From Alphaproteobacteria bacterium (GTDB taxonomy: Bacteria > Pseudomonadota > Alphaproteobacteria > Bin95): DNA of 64,000 nt. The notes below the pieces were generated by a model. It did not search any database. It saw only the letters and a program-made list of their open reading frames with translations, and had not been told where the DNA came from. Shown here in pieces: positions 36,989 to 48,614 of the stretch. The stretch is taken from contig OZ219786.1 of the NCBI GenBank assembly GCA_964291285.2, positions 96,001-160,000 of the forward strand, in the 5' to 3' direction. The position numbers and the translations under genes were made by a program. Within the stretch, counting starts at the first letter, position 1, and each line of letters starts with the position of its first letter.

Positions 36989-37830
36989 TATTCCCAGCGT
37001 CCTTCCGCGTGCCACTCCACCTGCTCGGCATAGCTGGCGCTGTAGGCGGCGCGGTGGCGGCGGTAGCTGTCCCAGTCGAGGCCGTCTTCTTCCGGGCGCG
37101 GTTCGAGCTCGAAATGGCCGTAGCGGTCCTCGCCCCGCACCAGCGTCGCCGGGACGGACATGCTGCCGATATGGCGGACGTTCGCCGGGATGTAGGAAAT
37201 GCCGATGCCGATGCGCCGGTCGCCGGCCCGGTTGGGGCCGGAGGCATGGACCGCGAGCGTGTGGTGGATCGAGAACTCGCCGGGCGAGAGCGGCACCGGC
37301 ACCGCGTCTTCCGTCCGGAAATCGGCCTCGGTGCGCTGGCCGGCGCTGTTGATGCTGTTGGGCGCTACATTCGCGATATGGCGCATCAGCCCGCCCCGGC
37401 TGGTGCCGGGCACGAAGCGCATGCAGCCCGCTTCCTCGGACGCCTCGCTCAGCGCCAGCCAGGCGGTGACATGAAGGTGCGGGCGCAAGCCGAAATAGGT
37501 GGCGTCCTGGTGCCAGATGGTCTGCGCCTTCGTTTTCGCATCCTTGACGAACCAGGTGCTCGTCCAGCACAGGATGTCGGGTCCGAGCAGCGCCTCCACC
37601 GCATCGAGTATGCGCGGGTGGCGCACAAGGTCGGCCGCAAAGGGCAGCAGCAGGTGCGTCTTGAACCGGGTGTCGGGGTCGCCGTCGGTGACGCGGTGGC
37701 CGAGCTCGGCCTCGTAAGCCTCGAATTTGCGGCGGTAATCCTGCGCCTCTTCCGCGGTCATGGCGTAGTAGGGGCCGCCGAAGCCGTTCCGCTCGAAGGC
37801 CCCAACATCGACCTTATGCGCTGCGCCCAT
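36988..37830 (-). CDS. Phytanoyl-CoA dioxygenase family Fe(II)/2OG oxygenase
   Basis: WHQDATY HxD motif, TAWLAL, distal HASGPN..RR. Confidence 0.9.
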   Translation of the reverse strand: MGAAHKVDVGAFERNGFGGPYYAMTAEEAQDYRRKFEAYEAELGHRVTDGDPDTRFKTHLLLPFAADLVRHPRILDAVEALLGPDILCWTSTWFVKDAKTKAQTIWHQDATYFGLRPHLHVTAWLALSEASEEAGCMRFVPGTSRGGLMRHIANVAPNSINSAGQRTEADFRTEDAVPVPLSPGEFSIHHTLAVHASGPNRAGDRRIGIGISYIPANVRHIGSMSVPATLVRGEDRYGHFELEPRPEEDGLDWDSYRRHRAAYSASYAEQVEWHAEGRWE

Positions 37831-37860
37831 CTTCTTCCTCCCTGCCCGCCTCTCTCCGCC

Positions 37861-39276
37861 TCACAGAACGCGGATCATGTCCTTCATACCGCTCGCCTGA
37901 TGCCCGAGGACATGGCAATGAAACAGCCAGTCGCCGGGATTGTCAGCAAGGAAAGCGATTTCCACCCGTTCGCGCGGGTCCATCAGCACGGTGTCCCGCC
38001 ATTCCCGGTGCGCCGTCGGCCTGCCGTTGCGCGAAAGCACCCGGAAGGCATGGCCGTGCAGATGCATCGGGTGGTGCCAGGCGGTGGCGTTGGTCATGGC
38101 GATGACGCAGCTCCGGCCGCGCCGGAGCGTCAGCATCGGCTCCGGAACGTCTCCCGAAGGGGGTTCGCCATTGACGAACCAGAACGAGCGCGGGCCGACC
38201 GGGCCCATGCGGCCGCCCATCTCGGCCATGACCGCCCCGCCCATCGCGCCGCCGGTGAACATCATCTCGTGGCGGATGGCGCCCCCGACCTCCGGCTCGG
38301 CCAACGGGTTGGGCGGCAGGCCGACCGGCCAGTCGGGCGGCTCTCCGCGCAGCGGCTCGGCCGTATAGGCGAGGTTGAGCAGGCGGTATTCCCGGTTGCG
38401 GTAGAAGGCGTCCACCACGGGCGTCTTCGCCCCCGGCTCCCCGGCCATATCGAGCACGATGTCGGCGCGCATGCCGGGGCCGAGCACGACCTGGCCGCCC
38501 TCCGGCGCATGGGGCGCGACCGGGTGGCCGTCGAGCGCCACGACCTGCGGACGGTGGCCCTCGAACTGCAAGCCGAAGACCCGCGCGTTCGCGGTGTTGA
38601 CGAGGCGGAGGCGTATGCGCTCGCCCCGATGCACGGCGAACTCTCCCGGACTGGAGCCGTTGACGGTGGCCCAATTGCCGAGGCGCCCGGCATGGCTCAT
38701 GTCGTGGGCGTTCCCGAAGCCGGGGGCAAGCTCCGCTTCCTCAGTCATCCGCCAGTCGTCCAGCACCCAGGTGACATCCCGGTCAACCCGAAGCGCCGGC
38801 TCGCGTTCCTCGACGACCAGCACGCCGTAAAGGCCGCGCGCGACCTGTTCGAGGCTGTTGGCATGCGGATGGTACCAGAAGGTCCCGGCATCCACGGCGT
38901 CGAACTCGTAGGCGAAGGTCCCGCCGGGGCGGACCGGCGGCTGCGTCACGCCGGGCACGCCGTCCATGGCGTTGGGCAGCCTGAGCCCGTGCCAGTGGAT
39001 CGTCGTGTCCTCACCGAGGCCGTTGTCGAGCAGGACCCGCAGCCGGTCTCCCTGGCGCACGCGGATTTCGGGGCCGGGCACGCTGCCGCCGTAACACCAG
39101 ACCGCCGTTTCGCCGTACGGCCCGGAGACGAGGCGGACGGACGCGGGCGCGGCCCGCAGCCGCATTTCCGTCACTCCCGCCGCCCGGACCCGGCCGAAGG
39201 GGACGAGCGCGAACCCCGCTCCCGCCGATGCGAGAAACGCGCGGCGCGTCATCGCTGGCACGGGCAATCCGGACAT
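37861..39276 (-). CDS. Multicopper oxidase, Tat-exported
   Basis: TRRAFL Tat motif; IHWHG, WYHPH, HPMHLHGH, HCHVLGH. Confidence 0.92.
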   Translation of the reverse strand: MSGLPVPAMTRRAFLASAGAGFALVPFGRVRAAGVTEMRLRAAPASVRLVSGPYGETAVWCYGGSVPGPEIRVRQGDRLRVLLDNGLGEDTTIHWHGLRLPNAMDGVPGVTQPPVRPGGTFAYEFDAVDAGTFWYHPHANSLEQVARGLYGVLVVEEREPALRVDRDVTWVLDDWRMTEEAELAPGFGNAHDMSHAGRLGNWATVNGSSPGEFAVHRGERIRLRLVNTANARVFGLQFEGHRPQVVALDGHPVAPHAPEGGQVVLGPGMRADIVLDMAGEPGAKTPVVDAFYRNREYRLLNLAYTAEPLRGEPPDWPVGLPPNPLAEPEVGGAIRHEMMFTGGAMGGAVMAEMGGRMGPVGPRSFWFVNGEPPSGDVPEPMLTLRRGRSCVIAMTNATAWHHPMHLHGHAFRVLSRNGRPTAHREWRDTVLMDPRERVEIAFLADNPGDWLFHCHVLGHQASGMKDMIRVL

Positions 39277-39296
39277 GGAGGACTCGCCTGGAACTC

Positions 39297-39373
39297 TGGC
39301 GCGCCCGGCACGACTCGAACGTGCGACCTTCTGCTCCGGAGGCAGACGCTCTATCCGACTGAGCTACGGGCGC
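39297..39373 (-). tRNA. tRNA-Arg(CCG)
   Basis: Reverse complement GCGCCCGTAGCTCAGTCGGATAGAGCGTCTGCCTCCGGAGCAGAAGGTCGCACGTTCGAGTCGTGCCGGGCGCGCCA, 77 nt. Confidence 0.95.
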
Positions 39374-39409
39374 TTGCGCCGGGAGACCATAGATGCGCGG
39401 CCCCGGCTG

Positions 39410-40597
39410 TCAACCGAGATAGGACCCGTCGCGCGCGACGAGCCGCCCGGCCTTGAACACCAGCGCGCGCGGCGGGTGCTGGGCGACGGCCTCGGCGAGC
39501 GTTTCGGCGTGGACCGTGAACAGGTCGGCGGGCGCCCCGGCGGCGATGCCGCGGTCGTCCTGGCGCAGGACCCGGCGCGGGGCGGCCGTCGCGCAATCGA
39601 AGGCGACGGCAAGGTCCTCGTCGGTGCGGAAGCCCGAGCGCCATGACAGCAGCATGGCCCGGATCAACAGGTCCCCATTGCCGTAGGGGCCCCATGTGTC
39701 GCGCACGTCGTCATTGCCGACGAACACCTCGACGCCGCGTTCGCGCAGCTTCTTCACCGGTGGCAGCGGCGAGGCGCCGCCTCCGTGGGTGGCGAGCGAC
39801 AGGCCCGCCCCGGCCATGGCGGCGGCCAGGCGCTCGAAGACATCGTCCGGGCAGGCCCCGAGGCAGAAGCCGTGGCTGACGGTGACGCGGCCTTCCATGC
39901 CGGCTGCGCTCGTGCGTTCGGCCAGCGCGGCGATTTCCAGCAGCCCCGCTTCGCCGGGATCGTGGATGTGGATGTCGATGCCCTTGTCGTGCTTCCCGGC
40001 CAGCCGGAACAGCAGGTCGAGCTGGCCGTCCAGGTCCCCGTCCTGGCCTATCGGGTCGATGCCACCCACAAGGTCCGCGCCCATCGCCAGCGCCTCGTCC
40101 ATAAGCTCGAAAGTGCCCGGCGCGGCGAGCACGCCATATTGCGGGAAGGCGACAATCTGGAAGTCCGCGGCGTCAGCGAAGGCGGCCTTGACCTCGAGCA
40201 GCGCCTCGACGTGCCGCACGCCGATATCGGGTCCGATATCCGCATGGCTGCGGAATGCGGTCGCGCCGAGCGCCACGGCCTGCCGGACGAGGTTGGTCGC
40301 GCGCTCGGCCGGCGGCGGCAGCCCCGCGCGCAGGCCGCGCTCGGTCGCGATGCGGCTCGCCCTGTCCGGCCCGGCCGGATGCGGCATCCAGGGCAGGCCG
40401 GTCAGCGTCTTGTCGAGATGCACATGCCCGTCGATCATGCCCGGCAGGGCGAGCAGCCCGCCGCCGTCGATGCGCCCGGCGCCCGCCGGGTCGAGGCCGG
40501 GTCCGATCGCTTCGATCGCGCCGCCGGCCATGCGGATATCCGCCTTGCTCCCGTCTGCAAGACGCACGTTTGCAAGCAGGGTCGCCTCGTTGCTCAT
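39410..40597 (-). CDS. Amidohydrolase, cytosine deaminase-like
   Basis: [30 protein letters not shown]. Confidence 0.88.
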   Translation of the reverse strand: MSNEATLLANVRLADGSKADIRMAGGAIEAIGPGLDPAGAGRIDGGGLLALPGMIDGHVHLDKTLTGLPWMPHPAGPDRASRIATERGLRAGLPPPAERATNLVRQAVALGATAFRSHADIGPDIGVRHVEALLEVKAAFADAADFQIVAFPQYGVLAAPGTFELMDEALAMGADLVGGIDPIGQDGDLDGQLDLLFRLAGKHDKGIDIHIHDPGEAGLLEIAALAERTSAAGMEGRVTVSHGFCLGACPDDVFERLAAAMAGAGLSLATHGGGASPLPPVKKLRERGVEVFVGNDDVRDTWGPYGNGDLLIRAMLLSWRSGFRTDEDLAVAFDCATAAPRRVLRQDDRGIAAGAPADLFTVHAETLAEAVAQHPPRALVFKAGRLVARDGSYLG

Positions 40598-40682
40598 GGC
40601 TGCCGCCTCCCCGTTACCGCCGTCCCGGACACCCGCCAGAGAGCCTGCTATCGTCCGGTATTTCAAGGAGAAAGGGCCGGCA

Positions 40683-41513
40683 ATGGGCAAGGCGTCGGAA
40701 ATTCCGGATCACTACTCGCAGGGCGGCCTGCTCACGCGGCTGGAGGCGAGCTTGCGCGAGGACGGAGTCGATCCGGCGAGCCCTGCTCTGGAAGAGCTCG
40801 CGCCCTACGACCACTTCCACGGCCGCGGGCTGGAGGCGACCGAAGACATGGCGAACCGCCTTCCGGTCTCTGCGGGGGACCGGATCCTGGATATCGGCAG
40901 CGGCCTCGGCGGCCCGGCGCGCTACATGGCGCAGCGCTTCGGCTGCCGGGTCAGCGGCATCGACCTGACGGCGGAGTTCTGCGAGGTCGCGCGGCTCCTG
41001 ACCGCACGGCTCGGGCTGGAAGACCGGGTGTCCTTCGACGAGGGCAATGCGCTGGCGATGCCGTTCGAGGACGGGGCATTCGACGGCGCCTATTCCATGA
41101 ATGTCTCCATGAACATCGCCGACAAGCGCGCCTTCTACCGGGAGGTCCACCGCGTGCTGAGGCCCGGTGCATGGCTCTGCCTGTCCGAGGTCGCACAAGG
41201 GCCGGGCGGCGAACCGGAATACCCGCTGCCCTGGGCGGCGACCGCTTCGTCGAGTTTCCTCGCCACGCCGGAGGACACCTGCGCGGACCTCGAAGCCTCG
41301 GGTTTCAGGGTCGAGAGCCTGCGGGACACGAGCGGCGCGGCGCGGGACTTCGCGGCCCGCTCGCGCGCCATCGTCGAGGCCGGCGGAAAACCGCCGCACC
41401 GCGCCGTCATGCTGGCGCTTGGCGAACGCGCCCGCGAAGCGGTGGCCAACACCGGTCGTGCCGCGAAGGAGCGCCGCACGCTGCCGATCGAGCTCCTCTG
41501 TCGAAAGGCGTAA
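40683..41513 (+). CDS. Class I SAM-dependent methyltransferase
   Basis: ATG 40683; [28 protein letters not shown]. Confidence 0.88.
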   Translation: MGKASEIPDHYSQGGLLTRLEASLREDGVDPASPALEELAPYDHFHGRGLEATEDMANRLPVSAGDRILDIGSGLGGPARYMAQRFGCRVSGIDLTAEFCEVARLLTARLGLEDRVSFDEGNALAMPFEDGAFDGAYSMNVSMNIADKRAFYREVHRVLRPGAWLCLSEVAQGPGGEPEYPLPWAATASSSFLATPEDTCADLEASGFRVESLRDTSGAARDFAARSRAIVEAGGKPPHRAVMLALGERAREAVANTGRAAKERRTLPIELLCRKA

Positions 41514-41590
41514 CCCTGCCCCGCATGTTGCGCGCAGGGGCCGGTTCGCTATCATCCGTCCACCGCCGGACCAGCATGAGGGAAGCGCCG

Positions 41591-41770
41591 ATGGAACCGC
41601 CGGAGACGATTGAGGTCGAGGAGGCCACGATTGCCTGCGACGGCGGCGGCGGCGCGCTCGGCCACCCGCGCGTCTATCTTCATCTGGACAGCGAAGGCAG
41701 GGTGGATTGCCCCTATTGCGGCCGGCGTTTCGTGCTGAAGGACGGAGCCGGCCTCCGCGCGGCGCATTGA
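41591..41770 (+). CDS. Small zinc-finger (zf-CHCC-type) protein
   Basis: [17 protein letters not shown]...CPYCGRRF; conserved upstream of polA in many alphaproteobacteria. Confidence 0.8.
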   Translation: MEPPETIEVEEATIACDGGGGALGHPRVYLHLDSEGRVDCPYCGRRFVLKDGAGLRAAH

Positions 41771-44484
41771 CGGACGAAGCACCACGCCACGTCTTCCTGG
41801 TCGATGGCTCCGGCTACATTTTCCGCGCCTTCCACGCCCTGCCGCCGATGACGCGGCCGGACGGCACGCCCGTCAACGCCGTCTATGGCTTCACCGCCAT
41901 GCTGATGCGGCTGGTCGAGGACACCGACGCCGACCGCATCGCGGTCGTGTTCGACGTGGCGCGGACGACCTTCCGCAACGACATCTACGCCGACTACAAG
42001 GCGAACCGCCCCGACCCGCCGCCCGAGCTGGTGCCGCAATTCTCGCTGATCCGCGATGCCGTCAAGGCGCTGAACCTTCAGGTTGCCGAACTGCCCGGCT
42101 ATGAAGCGGACGACATCATCGCGACCTATGCCCGCCGTGCGGCGGCGCTGGGCGCGGAGGTCACGATCGTCTCCTCCGACAAGGACCTGATGCAGCTTGT
42201 GGACGAGCGCATCTCGCTCTTCGACCCGGTGAAGCAGCGCCGGATTGGCGGGCCGGAGGTGGTCGAACGCTTCGGCGTGCCGCCGGAAAAAGTGGTGGAC
42301 GTGCAGGCGCTTGCCGGCGATTCCAGCGACAATGTGCCGGGCGTGCCCGGGATTGGCGTCAAGACCGCGGCGCAGCTGATCGAAGAGTATGGCGACCTCG
42401 ATACGCTGTTGGCGCGGGCGGAGGAAATCCGCCAGCCCAAGCGGCGCAGCAATCTCATTGAATTCGCCGAGCAGGCGCGTGTCTCGCGGGAGCTCGTGCT
42501 GCTGCGCGATGATGCACCGGTCACGGAAGACCTGGACGCCTTCGCCGTGCCGGGTCTGGACCCCGCGCGGCTCAGACCCTTCCTGGAAGAGCAAGGCTTC
42601 GCCTCGATCCTTGCCCGGCTCGGCGGCGTCGGCGAGGAAGAGCAGACGGCCGCCCCGGTAGAGGCCGAGTACGAACTCGTCACAGAGGAGGAGACGCTAA
42701 AGCGTTGGGTCGAAGCGGGTTTCGAGGCCGGAATCGTCGCCATCGACACCGAGACGGACAGCCTGGATGCACAGCGCGCGCGCCTCGTGGGCCTGTCGCT
42801 CGCCGTGGCGCCCGGCAGGGCCTGCTACATCCCCGTCGGGCACGACCTGGCGGCGGAACTGCTGGAAGCCGAGGCCCCGCGCCAGCTTTCTCCCGAAACC
42901 GCGCTTGCGATACTGGCCCCGCTGCTCTCCTCCGACGCCGTGCTGAAGGTCGGGCAGAACATAAAATACGACATGGAAGTCCTCGCCAGGCATGGCGTAA
43001 GCGTCACGCCTGTCGATGACACGATGGTGCTGTCCTATGTACTCGACGGTTCGAGCCACGGCCACGGCATGGACGAGCTCGCGCGTCTGCATCTCGGCCA
43101 TGAATGCATCAGCTACGAAAGCGTCTGCGGCAAGGGCAGGAACGCGATCACCTTCGACAGGGTGGCGCTCGACAAGGCGCTCGACTATGCGGCCGAAGAC
43201 GCCGACATCACGCTCAGATTGCATGGAGTGCTGCGCCCGCGGCTCCGCGAGGAGCGCATGGCGGCGGTCTATGAGACCATCGAGCGTCCGCTGATCCCGG
43301 TACTCGCCGACATGGAGAATGCCGGCATCAAGGTCGATGTCGCGGCGCTGAACGCGCTCTCGAAGGACTTTGCGCGCCGCATCGGCGATCTCGAGCAGGA
43401 AATTCACGACCTTGCCGGCCGGTCCTTCAATATCGGTTCGCCCAAGCAGCTCGGCGAAATCCTGTTCGACGAGATGAGCCTTCCCGGCGGAAAGAAGGGC
43501 AAGACCGGGGCCTATGGAACGGGCGCCGAAATCCTCGAGGACCTGCGCGCGCAGGGTCACGACCTGCCGGCGCGGGTGCTCGACTGGCGCCAGCTTTCGA
43601 AGCTGCGCAGCACCTACACGGAAGCACTGGCCGCCGCCGCCCATCCCGGCACGCAGCGCGTCCATACCTCCTTCTCCCAGGCGGTTGCCGGCACGGGCCG
43701 CCTCTCCTCCAACGACCCCAATCTCCAGAACATTCCCGTGCGCACCGAGGAAGGTCGCAAGATCCGCCGCGCCTTCGTGGCGGAACCGGGCCATGTGCTC
43801 GTCAGCGCGGACTACTCGCAGATCGAACTGCGCCTACTCGCCCATGTCGCGGAGATCGAGCCGCTGAGGGACGCGTTCCATGCCGGCCTCGACATTCATG
43901 CGCTCACCGCCTCACAGGTGTTCGGGCAACCGGTCGAAGGCATGGACGCGATGACTCGCCGACGGGCCAAGGCGATCAATTTCGGCATCATTTACGGGAT
44001 TTCGCCCTTCGGCCTCTCGCGCCAGCTTGCGATTCCGCAGGGCGAGGCGCGGGCCTATATCGACGCCTATTTCGAGCGCTATCCCGGCATCCGCGACTAT
44101 ATGGGCCGGGCGCGGGCCTTTGCGCGCAAGCATGGCTACGTGCCGACCATATTCGGGCGGAAATGCCGCACGCCCTATATCGCCGACAAGAATCCCGCCC
44201 GGCGCAGCTTTGGCGAACGCGCCGCGATCAATGCGCCGCTCCAGGGCTCGGCCGCGGACATCATCAAGCGTGCCATGCTGCGCGTGTCTCCGGCGCTTGC
44301 CGAAACGGGCCTGAAGGCGCGCATGATTCTCCAGGTCCATGACGAGCTGCTTTTCGAGGTGCCCCAGGACGAGGTCGAGGAGACTCGCGCCTGTGTCGCC
44401 GGGACGATGGAAAGCGCGGCGGAGCTTGCGATACCGCTGGTGGTCGAGACCGGAGCGGCGGACAACTGGGCCGACTCGCATTAG
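41767..44484 (+). CDS. polA: DNA polymerase I
   Basis: TTG 41767; [45 protein letters not shown]. Confidence 0.97.
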   Translation: MTDEAPRHVFLVDGSGYIFRAFHALPPMTRPDGTPVNAVYGFTAMLMRLVEDTDADRIAVVFDVARTTFRNDIYADYKANRPDPPPELVPQFSLIRDAVKALNLQVAELPGYEADDIIATYARRAAALGAEVTIVSSDKDLMQLVDERISLFDPVKQRRIGGPEVVERFGVPPEKVVDVQALAGDSSDNVPGVPGIGVKTAAQLIEEYGDLDTLLARAEEIRQPKRRSNLIEFAEQARVSRELVLLRDDAPVTEDLDAFAVPGLDPARLRPFLEEQGFASILARLGGVGEEEQTAAPVEAEYELVTEEETLKRWVEAGFEAGIVAIDTETDSLDAQRARLVGLSLAVAPGRACYIPVGHDLAAELLEAEAPRQLSPETALAILAPLLSSDAVLKVGQNIKYDMEVLARHGVSVTPVDDTMVLSYVLDGSSHGHGMDELARLHLGHECISYESVCGKGRNAITFDRVALDKALDYAAEDADITLRLHGVLRPRLREERMAAVYETIERPLIPVLADMENAGIKVDVAALNALSKDFARRIGDLEQEIHDLAGRSFNIGSPKQLGEILFDEMSLPGGKKGKTGAYGTGAEILEDLRAQGHDLPARVLDWRQLSKLRSTYTEALAAAAHPGTQRVHTSFSQAVAGTGRLSSNDPNLQNIPVRTEEGRKIRRAFVAEPGHVLVSADYSQIELRLLAHVAEIEPLRDAFHAGLDIHALTASQVFGQPVEGMDAMTRRRAKAINFGIIYGISPFGLSRQLAIPQGEARAYIDAYFERYPGIRDYMGRARAFARKHGYVPTIFGRKCRTPYIADKNPARRSFGERAAINAPLQGSAADIIKRAMLRVSPALAETGLKARMILQVHDELLFEVPQDEVEETRACVAGTMESAAELAIPLVVETGAADNWADSH

Positions 44485-44535
44485 CCCGGCGATTCGCTTG
44501 CCCGGAGCGTGCGCTTCCGTCATAGGTGGCGGGTG

Positions 44536-47055
44536 ATGACCGACCGGCAGGACGACGACCGCGACGATACCGACGAAGCGCTGGGCGACGCCGAACGGCA
44601 GGCCGCCGTATTCACTCATACCCGTCTGGCGCGGCGCAAGGAACTCGCAGAAGACTATGTCGAGCTGATCGACGACCTGATCGAGGCCAATGGCGAGGCC
44701 CGTCTGGTCGAAATCGCGCGGCGCATGGGCGTCACCCACATGACGGCCAGCAAGGCGGTCGCCCGCCTGCAGCGCGACGGGCTGGTGACGACCCGGCCCT
44801 ACCGCTCGATCTTCCTCACCGGGAAAGGCCGCCAGATGGCGCTGCGCTCGCGCCGGCGCCACCAGATCGTGCTCGACTTCCTCAAGACCATCGGAGTCAG
44901 CGACGAGACCGCGCGGCGCGACGCCGAAGGCATCGAGCACCATGTCAGCGAGGAAACATTGCGGGCGTTCACGCGGATCAGCGAGACGGGGAACGCCGCA
45001 AGCCCCCCGCGCGCGGAACGGCGGCCGCTGAGCATCACCCAGCACGGGCAGGAGCGCATCGACCCCTATGCCTGGCTCCGGGCGGGGAACTGGCAGGAGG
45101 CGATGCGAGACCCTTCCGTCCTGCCGGACGACATCCGCGGACATCTGGAGGCCGAGAACGAATACACAAACGCGGTCATGGAGCCGCTGCGCGGCCTGCA
45201 GGAGCGGCTCAGGCAGGAGATGCGTGCCAGGATCAAGGAGGACGACACGACGGCCCCTGCGCCCGACGGCCCGTTCGCCTACTACACCCGGTTCGTGACC
45301 GGCGGCGAGCATCCGCTTTTCTGCCGGCAGGACGGCGGCGGCGAAGAGACGATCCTGCTCGACGGCAACCTGCTGGCGGAGGGCCAGCCCTATTGCCGCA
45401 TCGCCGCCTGCGCCCACAGCCCCGACCACAGGCTCATCGCCTACACCGTCGATCTCTCGGGCTCGGAGGACTACACGCTCGCCTTCCGGGATGCCGGGAG
45501 CGGCGCGGACCTCGAAGACAGGGTCGAACGCACGGCCGGCGGCGTCGTCTGGGCGAACGACAGCCGGACCGTCTTCTACACCGTGCGCGACGACAATGCG
45601 CGGCCGCGCTGGGTTTACCGCCGCAGTCTCGGAGGGCAACCCGAGCTCGTTTACGAGGAGCCCGACCCCGGTTTCTTCCTCAATGTCGGCAAGACCCAGA
45701 GCGGTCGGTTCATCCTCCTGGATTCGCACGACCACACGAGCGGCGAAATCCGGCTGGTCGATGCGGACCGGCCGCAACACCCGCCGCGCCTCGTCGCCGC
45801 CCGGCGCGCGGATGTGGAATATTCGCTGGGAGATCAGGGGGAACGGCTGCTGATCCTCACCAATGACCGCAAGGCCGAGGATTTCCGCATCGCCGCCGCC
45901 CCGCTCGACGCCCCGGACCCCGGAGCATGGGAGGACCTGGTCTCCCACAGGCCGGGATGTCTCATCCTGCAATTACTGCTGTTCCGGGACTGGATCGTGC
46001 GGCTGGAGCGCGAGGACGGCCTGCCGCGGATCGTCGTGCGGGCCCTCGACTCCGGCGAGGAACACGACATCGCCTTCGACGAGGAGGCGTATGCCCTCGG
46101 CATCCTGCCGGGCTTCGAATATGCGAGCGGCACGCTGCGCTTCTCCTATGCCTCGCCGACCACGCCGACGCATGTCTATGACTACGACATGGCGGGCCGG
46201 ACGCGCCGGCTGCTGCGCAAACAGGAAGTGCCGAGCGGCCATGACCCCGGGGATTACCGCACGCGCCGGCTGGCCGCGACCGCGCCGGACGGCGAGCGGG
46301 TGCCCGTTACCCTGCTCTACCGCGCCGACCTCGAATTCTCGCCGCCGCCACCCTGCCTCCTTTACGGCTACGGCGCCTACGGCATATCGATCCCCGCCGC
46401 TTTCTCGACTTCGAGGCTGAGCCTGGTGGACAGGGGATTCGTCTATGCCATCGCCCATATCAGGGGCGGGACGGATCGCGGCTACCGCTGGTACCGGACC
46501 GGCAAGCTCGCAGGCAAGACCAACAGTTTCGACGACTTCACCGCGGCGGGACGCCATTTGATGGCCGAAGGCTGCGCCGGCGGCATCGTCGCCCATGGCG
46601 GCAGCGCCGGCGGCCTGCTTGTCGGCGCGGCGGTCAATCGGGCGCCGGAGTTGTTCACGGCGGTGCTGGCCGAAGTGCCGTTCGTCGATGTGCTCAACAC
46701 CATGTCGGACCCGACTCTGCCGCTGACACCGCCGGAATGGCCGGAATGGGGCAATCCGATCGAGGACGAGGAGGCGTTCCGGCGCATCGCCGCCTACAGC
46801 CCCTACGAGAATATCGCCGCCGCGTCCTATCCCGACATTTTCGCCACGGCGGGCGTGTCGGACCCGCGCGTCACCTATTGGGAGCCGGCGAAATGGATCG
46901 CCGCGCTGCGTGAGACGGTCGAAGGCGACCCCCTGCTACTGCTGCGAACGAACATGACCGCTGGACATGGCGGCGCGTCCGGGCGGTTCGAGACCTTGAA
47001 CGAACTCGCGGAGCTTTACGCCTTCGCGCTGAGCCGTTTCGGGATTACCGACTAG
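44536..47055 (+). CDS. In-frame fusion: MntR/DtxR-family metal regulator + oligopeptidase B (S9A, PtrB-like)
   Basis: N-term EDYVELI, PYRSIFLT, DAEGIEHHVS; C-term DPYAWLR, GGSAGG, DPRV, GHGG catalytic triad motifs. Confidence 0.85.
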   Translation: MTDRQDDDRDDTDEALGDAERQAAVFTHTRLARRKELAEDYVELIDDLIEANGEARLVEIARRMGVTHMTASKAVARLQRDGLVTTRPYRSIFLTGKGRQMALRSRRRHQIVLDFLKTIGVSDETARRDAEGIEHHVSEETLRAFTRISETGNAASPPRAERRPLSITQHGQERIDPYAWLRAGNWQEAMRDPSVLPDDIRGHLEAENEYTNAVMEPLRGLQERLRQEMRARIKEDDTTAPAPDGPFAYYTRFVTGGEHPLFCRQDGGGEETILLDGNLLAEGQPYCRIAACAHSPDHRLIAYTVDLSGSEDYTLAFRDAGSGADLEDRVERTAGGVVWANDSRTVFYTVRDDNARPRWVYRRSLGGQPELVYEEPDPGFFLNVGKTQSGRFILLDSHDHTSGEIRLVDADRPQHPPRLVAARRADVEYSLGDQGERLLILTNDRKAEDFRIAAAPLDAPDPGAWEDLVSHRPGCLILQLLLFRDWIVRLEREDGLPRIVVRALDSGEEHDIAFDEEAYALGILPGFEYASGTLRFSYASPTTPTHVYDYDMAGRTRRLLRKQEVPSGHDPGDYRTRRLAATAPDGERVPVTLLYRADLEFSPPPPCLLYGYGAYGISIPAAFSTSRLSLVDRGFVYAIAHIRGGTDRGYRWYRTGKLAGKTNSFDDFTAAGRHLMAEGCAGGIVAHGGSAGGLLVGAAVNRAPELFTAVLAEVPFVDVLNTMSDPTLPLTPPEWPEWGNPIEDEEAFRRIAAYSPYENIAAASYPDIFATAGVSDPRVTYWEPAKWIAALRETVEGDPLLLLRTNMTAGHGGASGRFETLNELAELYAFALSRFGITD

Positions 47056-47582
47056 CGGCGGCTGCCGAGATTGTACTCGAACTGTTCCTTCGTCAGCTGC
47101 ATTCCGACATAGACGCGGTAGGAGGCCAGAGAGGCGTTTTCCCCTGTCGGGATATCCAGAGCCAGACGCTCGGACTTAGCAGCCTCCGTCCCGCTGCCCG
47201 CCAACGAGACCTCCACGGAAAACGGCGTCCGCGCCGCAACGCCGCCGGCAGGGTCGACCACTGCAACGAAATAGTTGAATTGGTGTTCGCCCGCGGCACT
47301 TGCAGGGCCCCGCTGCGTGCGGAACACGATGTCCAGATCGATAGAGCCGACCCTGGTGTCGTCGTCGAAACTGCAGTCCGCCGTGAGGTTCCCGACATGC
47401 ACCTGGAACTCTATATCCGTCAGGTCTCTCCCGGCGCCCTTGAACCTCGTCAGTTGCCTTGCGCCGTCCAGGGCGTCGACCGTCGGACAGGCGACGGAGC
47501 TTCCGCCAAGGCTCGAGCACCCGGCCAGTATCGAAAGCGCCGCGACCGACGCTGCGGCTCCGGCCGCGAATCCTCTCGCCAT
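47052..47582 (-). CDS. Conserved hypothetical lipoprotein
   Basis: LAGC lipobox; CP, YFVAV motifs; divergent from ispH. Confidence 0.7.
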   Translation of the reverse strand: MARGFAAGAAASVAALSILAGCSSLGGSSVACPTVDALDGARQLTRFKGAGRDLTDIEFQVHVGNLTADCSFDDDTRVGSIDLDIVFRTQRGPASAAGEHQFNYFVAVVDPAGGVAARTPFSVEVSLAGSGTEAAKSERLALDIPTGENASLASYRVYVGMQLTKEQFEYNLGSRR

Positions 47583-47657
47583 CGACTGCCCTCTGGATTA
47601 GGTTCGGCGGTGCGCCAAGCGCGCTGCGGACCTTAGAACGGACCGGAGGTAGGCACA

Positions 47658-48608
47658 ATGACAAGCGAGAAGCCGGCTCTCACGATTCGTCTGGTCGGTC
47701 CGCGCGGATTTTGCGCGGGCGTCGTGCGCGCAATCGAGATCGTCGAAGCCGCTCTCGAACGCTACGGCGCGCCCGTCTATGTGCGCCACGAAATCGTGCA
47801 TAACCGTTTCGTCGTCGAGACGCTCGAGCAAAAGGGCGCGGTGTTCGTCGAAGAGCTGGACGAGGTTCCGGACGAGGTGCCGGTCGTCTTTTCCGCGCAT
47901 GGCGTACCGAAGTCCGTCCCCGCGGAAGCCGGACGGCGCGAGCTGCATTACATCGATGCCACCTGCCCGCTGGTCAGCAAGATCCATCGGGAGGCGGAGC
48001 GGCATTTCGCGACGGACCGGCACATCTTTCTGATCGGCCATGCCGACCACCCGGAGGTCGTGGGCACGATGGGCCAGTTGCCGAAGGGCGCCATCGAGCT
48101 GATCCAGACCGTCGATGACGCGCGGCGGGTCGAGCCGCCGGCCGGGCGCGAACTTGCCTATGTCACGCAGACGACGCTTTCGGTGGACGATACTGCGGAA
48201 ATCATCGAGGCGTTGCGCACGCGGTTTCCCGATCTGAACGAACCGAGACGGGAAGACATCTGCTACGCCACGACCAACCGCCAGGCCGCGGTCAAGGCCG
48301 CCGTGCCCGGCGCAGATGCCGTGCTCGTGATCGGGTGCCGGAATTCGTCGAATTCCAACCGCCTGGTGGAGGTTGCAAGGGCGGCCGGCTGTTTGCGGTC
48401 ATATCTCGTGGACGGCGTGGCCCATGTCGATTGGGCAGCGCTGATGGACATCCGGGTATTGGCCGTCACCGCGGGCGCATCGGCGCCGGAAGTGCTCGTC
48501 GAAGAGGTCGTGCAGGCCTGCCGCGAACGTTTCGATGTGACGGTCGAGGACTGGACGGACACGCTGGAAACCGTGAAGTTCAAACTACCGCGCGAACTGG
48601 TGGCCTGA
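47658..48608 (+). CDS. ispH: 4-hydroxy-3-methylbut-2-enyl diphosphate reductase
   Basis: [36 protein letters not shown]. Confidence 0.97.
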   Translation: MTSEKPALTIRLVGPRGFCAGVVRAIEIVEAALERYGAPVYVRHEIVHNRFVVETLEQKGAVFVEELDEVPDEVPVVFSAHGVPKSVPAEAGRRELHYIDATCPLVSKIHREAERHFATDRHIFLIGHADHPEVVGTMGQLPKGAIELIQTVDDARRVEPPAGRELAYVTQTTLSVDDTAEIIEALRTRFPDLNEPRREDICYATTNRQAAVKAAVPGADAVLVIGCRNSSNSNRLVEVARAAGCLRSYLVDGVAHVDWAALMDIRVLAVTAGASAPEVLVEEVVQACRERFDVTVEDWTDTLETVKFKLPRELVA

Positions 48609-48614
48609 CCCCGG

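Noticed and set aside
33720-39373. Possible island integrated at tRNA-Arg extending to the TerS-like gene
   Set aside because: No integrase and no duplicated tRNA 3' end seen near 33.7 kb.
37009-41770. Long + strand ORFs (815, 605, 661 aa)
   Set aside because: Mostly antisense to real minus-strand genes; only the 3' parts (40683-41513 and 41591-41770) are coding.
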